Source of the DNA: Candidatus Latescibacterota bacterium
GTDB lineage: Bacteria > Latescibacterota > UBA2968 > GCA-2709665
Length of the DNA stretch: 64,000 nt
Assembly: GCA_965226795.1 (NCBI GenBank)
Contig: CBDDDZ010000002.1
Location: 192,001 to 256,000 of the forward strand
Direction: 5' to 3'
The notes under the pieces are model-generated. The model made no database searches and was not told where the DNA came from. It saw only the letters and a program-made list of their open reading frames with translations. The translations under genes were made by a program, and so were the position numbers. Of the stretch, positions 29,801-37,203 are shown in pieces (position 1 is the first letter of the stretch; each line of letters starts with the position of its first letter).

Positions 29801-30477
29801 CGGATGGCCAGGAGGTCTGGCAGCGGCAGATCGAACACCACGCCGCACGGACGATGGTGGTTGGAGACGTGGAGGGAGATGGAAAGCAGGAGATCCTGGT
29901 GGGCGCTGAATATTACAACTCGAATCTGCTGGAGGCCGATGGGAGGATCCGGTGGACGGTTCAGGGTGGTCCCTGTTTTTCGGCGCTGGCGCTGACGGAT
30001 CTGAATGGCAACGGGGTGAAGGAATCTGTTTACGGCGCCATGGACGGGAATGTCTACGCGGTGGATTCTATCTCCGGAGAGATCCTCTGGACGGCCAACC
30101 TGGGAGATGACGTCCGGCACGGCGTGGTGGTGGGTGGGAACGGGTTCGCGGCCGGGAGCGTGAGTGGGCAGGTGGCGCTGTTGAGCGGCAGCGGAGAAAA
30201 GCGCTGGCACCGGGACCTCGACGGAGGGGTGACCGGACTCGTCCTTCTTGAGGCCGCAGGTGAGGAGATGATCGTCGCGGGAACTTCGGAAGGATGGATT
30301 GTGTTCCTGTCCCTCGAGGGGGAGATTGTCGGTAACCATCGCATGGAAGCGGGCGTGACCGTGTTGACCCCCCTGGCGCTGCCCGGGGTGTCCGGTCTGC
30401 TGGTGGGTACGGACGGCTGGACGGTGAGCGCTTTCAGGGCTCGTCCGGAACTTTTCGATTTGCGGATGAATCCGTGA
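26809..30477 (+). CDS. Heparinase II/III-like + beta-propeller protein, 1222 aa; close paralog of 20618..23995
   Basis: Long stretches are near-identical to 20618..23995 (e.g. LLLDGTSTFAHGHEDGNSIERLTWKGRMWLAE). It carries about 76 extra residues before the propeller. Confidence 0.75.
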   Translation: MAEERIERLKKMHLATDLREGAEIVAPADPAWAPFGRRLREMIRAHAGVALPVVDPAGLSPLPAGRHRVLLGNAMINESIMALYRRQYAYVDEFYPGGDGYAIRTVHNPENCGRNVLLVGASRVEGAAAAMEVLEGVLARTGGRLGYTNLSRSEVHETLLPEMTPEAFREWVAEMFRNNLSYYPVEQGTFLGLVHHLTHDPGCARMFRDALFYYEDLVRNRYGGNWLFEHMLFIYSWAWRLFMVWDLIEESDAFTDAERLRITNVLWGLANYVAGTRYFKKETPPPVEIRQNHWTFAGLSGSFCARYFEAYYGITEFEKQTRFSQAVFDGQAESYKPNDDAGGGWWGYCWLAPYHQVIYDLKRDDFRFLENGQLRAFADYGIQVTDNLGVPVSFGDAWSYIEPGRYAVALKNKTISLEFAMALCTAAWYYEDGSYLWALDWMGGAPYPGCYYRELPKSVPDRLAGIAISPFNRSLYEWVERHARGGANVPIEEAFDKLVLRGGFERDDEYLLLDGTSTFAHGHEDGNSIERLTWKGRMWLAELDYIWKRPRHHGSVVSICGGETVESPPLVALKWAEEFGRTAFTRTVVPGYNGVDWTRDIFWVKGGFFLVADSLRLLQDADYDLRCLWRTLGEVRQHGSELTVEQKGVYFRIQNADDSEKSLVTEEARVAGTDPYELYAFADGPIRIFSQHKALHGQQGHVERYFNLMVAGSQAEIDAWRIERIGEGLVRVEHTDGPAVFGITDGEAQIGGFRIAADAFALTESSIVLLNGTGLWADGVMFETEAPVHVMLYPGGGRGEVRVNEETRIRTEGICLDGAAAPDTLPAGTHEMTFESGSPDVLYEAVRAGASYTHRRAPKAHGFVPTDTLPLRRLWEAQVEGPVRCADVGGESTAVGTSGGQVLLLDRDGRIRWKRETGAEVRAVHLADLEVGGLLTGGRDRALTLFDSDGEVCWRRSFSESHGVDQNVNAVTTADLTGDGNRVILAATDGWLVWALAPDGQEVWQRQIEHHAARTMVVGDVEGDGKQEILVGAEYYNSNLLEADGRIRWTVQGGPCFSALALTDLNGNGVKESVYGAMDGNVYAVDSISGEILWTANLGDDVRHGVVVGGNGFAAGSVSGQVALLSGSGEKRWHRDLDGGVTGLVLLEAAGEEMIVAGTSEGWIVFLSLEGEIVGNHRMEAGVTVLTPLALPGVSGLLVGTDGWTVSAFRARPELFDLRMNP

Positions 30478-30570
30478 GGGTATAAATTAGGTGATTCATC
30501 CAGCTTCGATTTGCTGCCCGATTCACGAGGTATGGCTTCGTCTTCAAACCCGTTTTTGGAGAGCAATACC

Positions 30571-31512
30571 ATGAAATTCGCACTCGTCCTGAATCCGCTT
30601 GACGAAGAACGGATGGCCCTCGCCCGCCAGATCGGCGTGACAGACTTAGTGACGAAGCTGCCCAACGGCGGTCCGATCTGGGATTTCGACGCCATCGTCC
30701 ATCACAAGGAACGCATCGCCGACGCGGGTCTCACGTGGTCCGTAGTGGAGTCCGTACCCATCTCAGACCGTATCACGCTGGGTCTGGAAGGCCGGGACGA
30801 GGACATCGACGCCTACTGCAAGACCATCCGCAACCTGGGAGCAGCCGGCATCGGAATCATGTGCTGGAACTGGATGGCCGTGTTCAACTGGATGCGCACC
30901 TCCTTCACCACGCGCGGCCGGGGAAACGCCTTTGTGAGCAGCTACGATCACACGCTGATGGAGGACGCGCCCCTTACGGAATACGGGGAAGTGAGCGAAG
31001 CGCTGCTCTGGGAAACCCTGGAGTACTTTCTCGAAAGGGTCATTCCCGTGGCCGAAGAGGCGGGTGTCAAACAGGCGCTGCATCCCGACGATCCGCCCCT
31101 GTCGCCGGTGAGGGGAATCGGCCGCATCATCACCAGCGTAGACGCCTTCCAGCGTGTGGTCGACATGATTCCAAGTGAATATAACGGGATTACCTTCTGT
31201 CAGGGCAACTTCGCCGCGATGGGCGCGGACGTGCCGGCCACCATCCGCCGGTTTGCGGACAAGATCCATTTTGCCCACTTCCGCGACGTGAGAGGCGTGG
31301 TGCCCCGTTTCGAGGAGACCTTCCACGACGAGGGCGACACGGACATGGCCGAGTGCATCCGGGCGTACCGGGACAACGGTTTCACCGGGCCCATTCGTCC
31401 CGACCACGTCCCGGTCCTGTCCGGCGAAGCCAACGACCCGCCCGGCTACACCCTGATGGGCAGGCTCTACGCCGTCGGCTACATGAAAGGGCTGTTGGAC
31501 GGAACGGCGTAA
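30571..31512 (+). CDS. uxuA: Mannonate dehydratase (short UxuA form)
   Basis: WSVVES, LHPDDPP, NGITFCQGN, KIHFAHFRDV, F.ETFHDEG, IRPDH.P and GY...GRLYAVGYMKGL. ATG 30571 follows GGAG. Confidence 0.9.
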   Translation: MKFALVLNPLDEERMALARQIGVTDLVTKLPNGGPIWDFDAIVHHKERIADAGLTWSVVESVPISDRITLGLEGRDEDIDAYCKTIRNLGAAGIGIMCWNWMAVFNWMRTSFTTRGRGNAFVSSYDHTLMEDAPLTEYGEVSEALLWETLEYFLERVIPVAEEAGVKQALHPDDPPLSPVRGIGRIITSVDAFQRVVDMIPSEYNGITFCQGNFAAMGADVPATIRRFADKIHFAHFRDVRGVVPRFEETFHDEGDTDMAECIRAYRDNGFTGPIRPDHVPVLSGEANDPPGYTLMGRLYAVGYMKGLLDGTA

Positions 31513-31529
31513 GGTCCTTGCCCCACCTG

Positions 31530-31555
31530 CGGAATCGCCAAACGCGGCGATTCCG
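31530..31555. terminator. Intergenic hairpin after uxuA (terminator or stability hairpin)
   Basis: CGGAATCGCC-AAACGC-GGCGATTCCG, a 10-bp stem with no U-tract. Confidence 0.4.
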
Positions 31556-31600
31556 GCAAATCGATTTCAGAAGTACAGTCGATTGTAAGATCGGGATTCC

Positions 31601-32569
31601 ATGCGCGACATCAGAATCGGCGCCGCCCAGTTCGAAGCGAGAGACGCCGACAAGCCCTACAACCTTTCCCGGATCGAGGCCCTCACGAGGCAGGCCGTCG
31701 ATAAGGGCGCAGAAATCGTCTGCTTCCACGAATGCTGCATTCCCGGATACACCTTTCTGCAGACCCTTTCGCGTTCCCGCCTGGTCGAACTGGCCGAACC
31801 CGTTCCGGGCGGCCCCTCCACGAAACGCCTTGTCGACATCGCAAGGGAATACAACGTCGCGGTCCTCGCCGGACTTGTCGAATCGGAAAACGACGCCCTG
31901 TATAACACCTGCGTCGCCGTGGGTCCGGACGGTTTCGTCGCGAAGCATCGCAAGCTGCACGCGTTCATCAGCAAATTCATCGCCTCCGGCGACGCGTTTA
32001 CTGTTTTCGACCTCTGCGACTGCCGTGCCGGCATCCTGATCTGTTACGACAACAACCTGCCTGAAAACGTGCGCCTTACCGCCATGATGGGCGCCGAAAT
32101 CATCTTCATGCCGCACGTCACCTGCGGGCTGCCCTCCTCCATGCCCGGCCGGGGAGTCATCGACCGCGCCCTCTGGGAAAACCGTCACCGCGACCCCGTG
32201 TCCCTCCGGCAGGAATTCAGCGGACCTAAGGGCCGGGGCTGGCTCATGCGCTGGCTGCCGGCCCGCGCCTACGAAAACGGCGTCTACGCCGTGTACACGA
32301 ATCCCATTGGCGTCGAACACGATACGGTCAAGAACGGCAATGCCATGATCCTGGACCCGTTCGGCGAAATCCTGGTCGAGTCCGATGCGCTGGACGACGA
32401 CGTGGTGGTGGGATTGCTCACGCCCGATAAAATACCGGTCTCCTCCGGGTACCGATATATACGCGCGCGCCGGCCAGACCTCTACGGTAAACTGGTGGAA
32501 CCCCTTCCGCCGGACATGCAGCGGGGCACGAATCCGGGCTGGAAACTGAAGCAACCCGAAGATAGGTAG
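31601..32569 (+). CDS. Carbon-nitrogen hydrolase (nitrilase superfamily)
   Basis: Catalytic triad contexts FHEC (E), HRKLH (K) and ICYD (C); also ARAYENG and RRPDLY. Confidence 0.9.
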   Translation: MRDIRIGAAQFEARDADKPYNLSRIEALTRQAVDKGAEIVCFHECCIPGYTFLQTLSRSRLVELAEPVPGGPSTKRLVDIAREYNVAVLAGLVESENDALYNTCVAVGPDGFVAKHRKLHAFISKFIASGDAFTVFDLCDCRAGILICYDNNLPENVRLTAMMGAEIIFMPHVTCGLPSSMPGRGVIDRALWENRHRDPVSLRQEFSGPKGRGWLMRWLPARAYENGVYAVYTNPIGVEHDTVKNGNAMILDPFGEILVESDALDDDVVVGLLTPDKIPVSSGYRYIRARRPDLYGKLVEPLPPDMQRGTNPGWKLKQPEDR

Positions 32570-32666
32570 GGGTCCCCCGATACCGTGCCCGAATTCGAAC
32601 CGGCGCGAAGGACGGCCGGCGCGCCTGCCTGACGTAGCGTATTCTGAGATCAGCAGAGAGCAAAAA

Positions 32667-34646
32667 ATGGCGCAGAGTTCCGCACCTCGCACAGAATCCG
32701 AATCCCGGGTCGCCCCTCAGTCCGACGCGGTCACGCTTCGCGCCGTCGCCATCGGTCTGCTGCTGGTTCTTGTCGTCAATTTCTGGATTTCTACGACCGA
32801 ATACGTTATCCACGCCTCGCGGATGCAACTCTCCTTCTTCCCCCTCGCCCTCTTCGCCACTTTCCTCGTGCTCGTCATCGTCAACGGGTTCATCCGCCGC
32901 CTCCGGCCGCACAGCGCCCTCCAGGCGTCCGAACTGCTCACCATCCTGGCCATGGGGTTCGTTGGCGCCGTGGTGCCTACCTCCGGCATCACGGGGTTTC
33001 TGCTTGGTATTCTTTCCGGCGTCTACTATTTCGCCACCCCGGAGAACCAGTGGGCCAACTACCTGCATCCCAATATGCCCGGGTGGGCCGTGCCATCGAA
33101 TGAAAATCAGGCGATGACCTGGTTTTACGAGGGTTTGCCTGAGGGGCAGCCGGCGCCTTACCGCGCATGGGTTTCTCCTCTCATCTGCTGGATTTTCTTC
33201 CTGCTTGCCCTTTGCACGCTCCTGTTCTGCATTTCGGTTATCCTCCGCAAGCAGTGGGTGCAGAACGAGCGCCTGGTCTTTCCGCTAGCTTCCGTCGGCG
33301 CCACGCTGACGCGTGCGACGCGTGGCGGTTTCCTGCCCGATGCCCTTCGCGGCGGCCTCTTCTGGGGCGGCTTCGGGGTGGGATTCGGCGCCATTACCTG
33401 GAACATCCTCAGCTATTTCTGGCCAGTCGTGCCCAAAATCCCGTTACAGGGCAAATGGGTCGTCTTTGCGAAGGGATTTCCACGTGTCAACACCCGCATC
33501 AACTTTCTGACCGCGGGATTCGCGTACTTCGCCAACCTGAACATCCTGTTCTCCATCTGGGTGTTCTTCGTTCTCTTTTTCTGGTTCGAAAACGGCATCA
33601 TCAACCGCATCGGATACGTTATCCCACGCAAGCCGCTCAATTTCTCCGCCGAGACCGAAGTCACGGCCTGGCAGGGCTTCGGCGCCCTGACAGCGCTGGT
33701 ACTGTGGAACCTCTGGACCGCCCGAACCCATATCCGGGCCGTCTTCGCCAGGGCGTTCGGGAAAGGTGATGCCGACGATGCCGGCGAGTTGCTCTCCTAT
33801 CGCGCCGCCGTGATCGGGCTCATCGGCAGCCTCATCTTCATCTGCGCCTTCTTCGCCCGGTTGGGCATGCAGGGCAAACTCGTCGCGCTGCTGGTGCCCG
33901 CGCTGATCGTCAATTATCTCTCCATAGCCCGCATCGTCTCGGAGACCGGCCTGGCCTACATGCGTACCACGTTGACCGAACAGTACGCCGCCCTCTACAC
34001 GATTGGCACGTCCGCCCTTTCGCCCGCCAGCATGTCGGGCATGAGCCTCACGTACAGCCTTGTCTGCCAGGGTAAGGGCACGTTCATGTCTCCCTTCATG
34101 CACGTGGTCCGGCTTGCGGACCTTATCCGCCGGAATCGACGCCGCCTGGTCCCCGCCCTGGCGCTGGTTGTGCTGGTGGGGCTGGCGGCGGACTTCGCCC
34201 TCACCATCCACCTGGGTTACCGAACCGGCGCTTTCAACTTCAACGCCTGGCCCTTCTCCAGCGCCGGCCGCTTCGCGTACGACCTCACCGTTACCCAGAT
34301 GCGGAGCCCCTTCGACACCAGCTGGGAGCGCCTGGCCGTCTTCTGCGTGGGCGCCGCCGCGATGTCCCTGCTTACCTTTCTGCACTACCGATTGCCCTGG
34401 TGGCCCTTTCATCCCATCGCCTTTCCCATTGCCTTCTCCTGGAACACTCAGCTCACCTTCTTCTCAATCTTTGTCGTCTGGGCTATCAAAGCTATTCTGC
34501 TCAAGGTCGGCGGCGTCAACCTCTACCGGAAGTGGCAGCCCGCCTTCCTGGGCCTGCTGACCGGCTATGTCCTGGCCATCACGTTCTCATTCCTCGTGGA
34601 CGCCATCTGGTTCCCCGGCCAGGGACACGGTGTGCACAATTACTAG
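32667..34646 (+). CDS. DUF6785/DUF6784-like membrane protein, paralog 3
   Basis: YFATPENQW, ILRKQWVQNERLVFPL, WWPFHPI, WFPGQGHGVHNY. The stop TAG abuts the MITE. Confidence 0.75.
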   Translation: MAQSSAPRTESESRVAPQSDAVTLRAVAIGLLLVLVVNFWISTTEYVIHASRMQLSFFPLALFATFLVLVIVNGFIRRLRPHSALQASELLTILAMGFVGAVVPTSGITGFLLGILSGVYYFATPENQWANYLHPNMPGWAVPSNENQAMTWFYEGLPEGQPAPYRAWVSPLICWIFFLLALCTLLFCISVILRKQWVQNERLVFPLASVGATLTRATRGGFLPDALRGGLFWGGFGVGFGAITWNILSYFWPVVPKIPLQGKWVVFAKGFPRVNTRINFLTAGFAYFANLNILFSIWVFFVLFFWFENGIINRIGYVIPRKPLNFSAETEVTAWQGFGALTALVLWNLWTARTHIRAVFARAFGKGDADDAGELLSYRAAVIGLIGSLIFICAFFARLGMQGKLVALLVPALIVNYLSIARIVSETGLAYMRTTLTEQYAALYTIGTSALSPASMSGMSLTYSLVCQGKGTFMSPFMHVVRLADLIRRNRRRLVPALALVVLVGLAADFALTIHLGYRTGAFNFNAWPFSSAGRFAYDLTVTQMRSPFDTSWERLAVFCVGAAAMSLLTFLHYRLPWWPFHPIAFPIAFSWNTQLTFFSIFVVWAIKAILLKVGGVNLYRKWQPAFLGLLTGYVLAITFSFLVDAIWFPGQGHGVHNY

Positions 34647-34802
34647 TGTTCTGCCCCGGAAATAGATTGCCGAAATTCGGCCGCCGAGTCGCCCGGCTGG
34701 CAAGGCGCCTGAGCGAGGCGACCTGAGCAAGGTCGGCGAGGCAACGCAGCGAGACGGAATGAATCGGCTGATGAATGGTAACATATTTCTGGGACGGGAC
34801 AC
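34646..34802. mobile_element. MITE-like element, copy 2 (157 bp), inverted relative to copy 1
   Basis: Starts GTGTTCTGCCCCGGAAATA and ends TATTTCTGGGACGGGACAC. The interior matches the reverse complement of 12088..12250. Confidence 0.8.
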
Positions 34803-34838
34803 CAAGCGCGATGGAAGGCGGACACCACGACGCATGTG

Positions 34839-34875
34839 GAAAAAGGGCCGACGAGACTCTCGTCGGCCCTTTTTC
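34839..34875. terminator. Bidirectional intrinsic terminator
   Basis: GAAAAAGGGCCGACGAGA-C-TCTCGTCGGCCCTTTTTC, a perfect inverted repeat with A and T tracts, between convergent genes. Confidence 0.85.
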
Positions 34876-34985
34876 AGTTGCCCGATTTCCAGCGCAAACT
34901 TGCGTATGGTTGTTTGAGGCGGCGTCTTAACCGGCAACACCACCAGCCTTCGTATTTGGACTCACCGTTGCTTGGGCCTGTAAAT

Positions 34986-37028
34986 TCAGGGCATCACCCG
35001 AAATACCGCCGAACTCGCCGCCTGGCTTTCCGCCTGCAAATCCTCCACGACAACCTTGAACGCCCAGGGTCCGGGTGTAGACCCCTCCATATCCAGGGTG
35101 AGATAGTGCGGCTGCCAATCCCTCGTCTCACTGTACGAATTGGTCACGGCCGTGGTCCACTCGGGAATCGCCACGTCTTTTTCCGTCCACTTTTCCGGCA
35201 GCAGGCGGGTCTGGTAGGTAATCCGGTACCGTGCGGCGCCGAACTCATCCCGCTTCAAATTGTAGACCTCGAAATAGAACGTCATGCTGCCGTCCCGCTG
35301 GCACCGCTTCAACGGATTGGGCAACACCATGAACCTGTCCCGGCCGAACGGGCGATCATCCTGTTCGACAACCCGCTGAGCCAGCAGCAGGTCGCTGATC
35401 TCCAGTCTATCTCTGCCGTACCGGCTGATCTGTAACGAATCGCGAAAGGTTCCAAGACTGCGTCTGTTCCGATCCTCCGTCTCGACCGCGAGATGGTACA
35501 TCCCCGGATCCACAGACAGCCGCTCGCCCCAGAACAGGTACCCGTCCCGCACCGCATTACCCTCGATCCACGGCATTCTGTGAATAGGAGAAATGACCTT
35601 TTCGACTTCCTTCCATCCTGCGTCAAACAGAAACAGACCCTGCATCAGATCCACCGACTGTATTCCCGAACTGACCTCCCGGTGCTCGACGTGTTCGCCG
35701 GAAAGCGCATAATAAAGCTCCACGCGGGTCTTGCCGTCCTCTCCGCGGAATTGCGCGACCTCGAACGGCGCATCGTACCGTTTCAGCCAGTACGGGTCGC
35801 TGTAGTACTCGGGAACCCGTGCCAGAAGATCCTTGTATCTGCTTCGCACCGTACCCCGAATCGAAACCTGCAGCACGTCCCAGTCATTTTCCCCCAGGCG
35901 CTCGAATGTCACGCTGAACCCCGGATAGCTCCACGTCTCGCGCAGCAACACGTAATTCATACGATCCAGATAGATGTTTCGCGCGTCGGGATGTCCATAA
36001 CGTATGTACACCTGCCCCCGGTCCGTCTCCCAGCCCTCGACGCCGCGATCCGGATCGGAAAATCTGAGATTCGCATATGCGACCCGCCTGCAGTGTTCCA
36101 GCATCCGCTCGTTTCCTGGAGTCAGGAATAGCGGATCCCGCCCCGTCCAGAACCGGCGCAGGGTCTCTTCGTCCGGCAGTTCCCCCCCGTCTTTCAACGC
36201 TTCCCGGTCCGCCAACACCACCACCGACCTGATGAACTGCTGTTCCAGCCGGGACATCAGGTTCAGGCCTTCCGTATAGGCGGCGAAGGCTTTGTCCAGG
36301 TTCTCCCGGGACTGGTAACCCAGCCCCGTGAAAAAATACGCATCCCAGTCTTCCGGATGGCGTTCCGTATAACCTTCAAACAACTCCACGAGCAGATCGG
36401 CCATATGTCCTTCAAGGTAGACCTGGCCCAGCAGAATCCGGGCGGGACGATGTTCCGGATCCACCTCCAGCGTGCGGGTCAGATATCCGATCGCCTGCTC
36501 CCGCATTCTCCTGCCGTAATCTCCGTAATGGAACCTTCGTTTGCGTTCCAGGCCGGACTTCAAGGTTTCCCGTTCCAGGTTGTACATCATTTCCCTGGCG
36601 GCGTAGCGCCCGGCCAGATAGAGGGCCCCGGCGTCATTCGGCGACAGCGCGACCGCGCGCCTGATCTGCTTGTAAAACTCATCCCGCGATCCCGACTGCC
36701 AGAAAATCTCCGCATACGTCTTCATGTAGGCGGCGTTCTCCGGCTCTCGCTTCATTGCCCTTTGCACCCACTGCCTCGCGAACCGCCTGGCCAAGACGGT
36801 GTCGCGGCTCAAATAGTGCCTGGCCAGTGCATGCATCGCCCGTCCCGACGGATCGTACCGAACAGCCCTCTCCATCAGCGACACCCGCTTCATGTGGGAC
36901 AGCGAGGAATCCGCTGCGGAGGCCAGAAGGGCCGCCGCCTTGTACGCGTCCCGCTTGGCGGCCGCCAGGGGCGCGGTGACGCACAGGATGGTCGAGATCA
37001 ATAGTGCAAAACGCAACATGATGAACAC
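34986..37028 (-). CDS. TPR + GWxTD domain-containing exported protein
   Basis: Signal peptide (TAPLAAA), TPR-like helices, FW...DP...TP.NE...EH.RRV.YAN.RF...GWETDRGQVYIRYG.P, and C-terminal ISDLLLA / FYFEVYNL. The start may be ATG 37019. Confidence 0.85.
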   Translation of the reverse strand: MFIMLRFALLISTILCVTAPLAAAKRDAYKAAALLASAADSSLSHMKRVSLMERAVRYDPSGRAMHALARHYLSRDTVLARRFARQWVQRAMKREPENAAYMKTYAEIFWQSGSRDEFYKQIRRAVALSPNDAGALYLAGRYAAREMMYNLERETLKSGLERKRRFHYGDYGRRMREQAIGYLTRTLEVDPEHRPARILLGQVYLEGHMADLLVELFEGYTERHPEDWDAYFFTGLGYQSRENLDKAFAAYTEGLNLMSRLEQQFIRSVVVLADREALKDGGELPDEETLRRFWTGRDPLFLTPGNERMLEHCRRVAYANLRFSDPDRGVEGWETDRGQVYIRYGHPDARNIYLDRMNYVLLRETWSYPGFSVTFERLGENDWDVLQVSIRGTVRSRYKDLLARVPEYYSDPYWLKRYDAPFEVAQFRGEDGKTRVELYYALSGEHVEHREVSSGIQSVDLMQGLFLFDAGWKEVEKVISPIHRMPWIEGNAVRDGYLFWGERLSVDPGMYHLAVETEDRNRRSLGTFRDSLQISRYGRDRLEISDLLLAQRVVEQDDRPFGRDRFMVLPNPLKRCQRDGSMTFYFEVYNLKRDEFGAARYRITYQTRLLPEKWTEKDVAIPEWTTAVTNSYSETRDWQPHYLTLDMEGSTPGPWAFKVVVEDLQAESQAASSAVFRVMP

Positions 37029-37128
37029 CGCGTAAATTGGTGGGGATGGGAAACCGATGAGGAGCCGGGTGAAGGCGTGAGCCGCATCCCGTTACGGACG
37101 GTTCCGAACGAATCCCGTATCACATTGT

Positions 37129-37155
37129 AGACCCAGAAAGGGAATGAAAGGTTCC
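37129..37155 (-). promoter_or_regulatory. Putative ECF-sigma promoter
   Basis: Minus strand GGAACC-N17-GTCT about 100 nt upstream of the GWxTD gene. Same motif and spacing as 51868..51894. Confidence 0.55.
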
Positions 37156-37203
37156 CCAGGCGTGAATATCGTCCCTGAGACCGGTGGGTCGGTTCTTCGC
37201 CGG

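Noticed and set aside
477..30339. Long minus-strand ORFs such as 477..1955, 2110..3792, 5341..7134, 22427..24049 and 27439..30339
   Set aside because: Antisense shadows of well-supported + strand genes in GC-rich DNA; Arg/Pro/His-rich with no motifs.
12088..34802. Composite transposon bounded by the two MITEs
   Set aside because: No transposase and no shared outer target duplication; related genes continue outside the left copy.
34876..34985. Possible small RNA between the GWxTD stop and the terminator
   Set aside because: No recognisable motif or promoter; most simply a 3' UTR.
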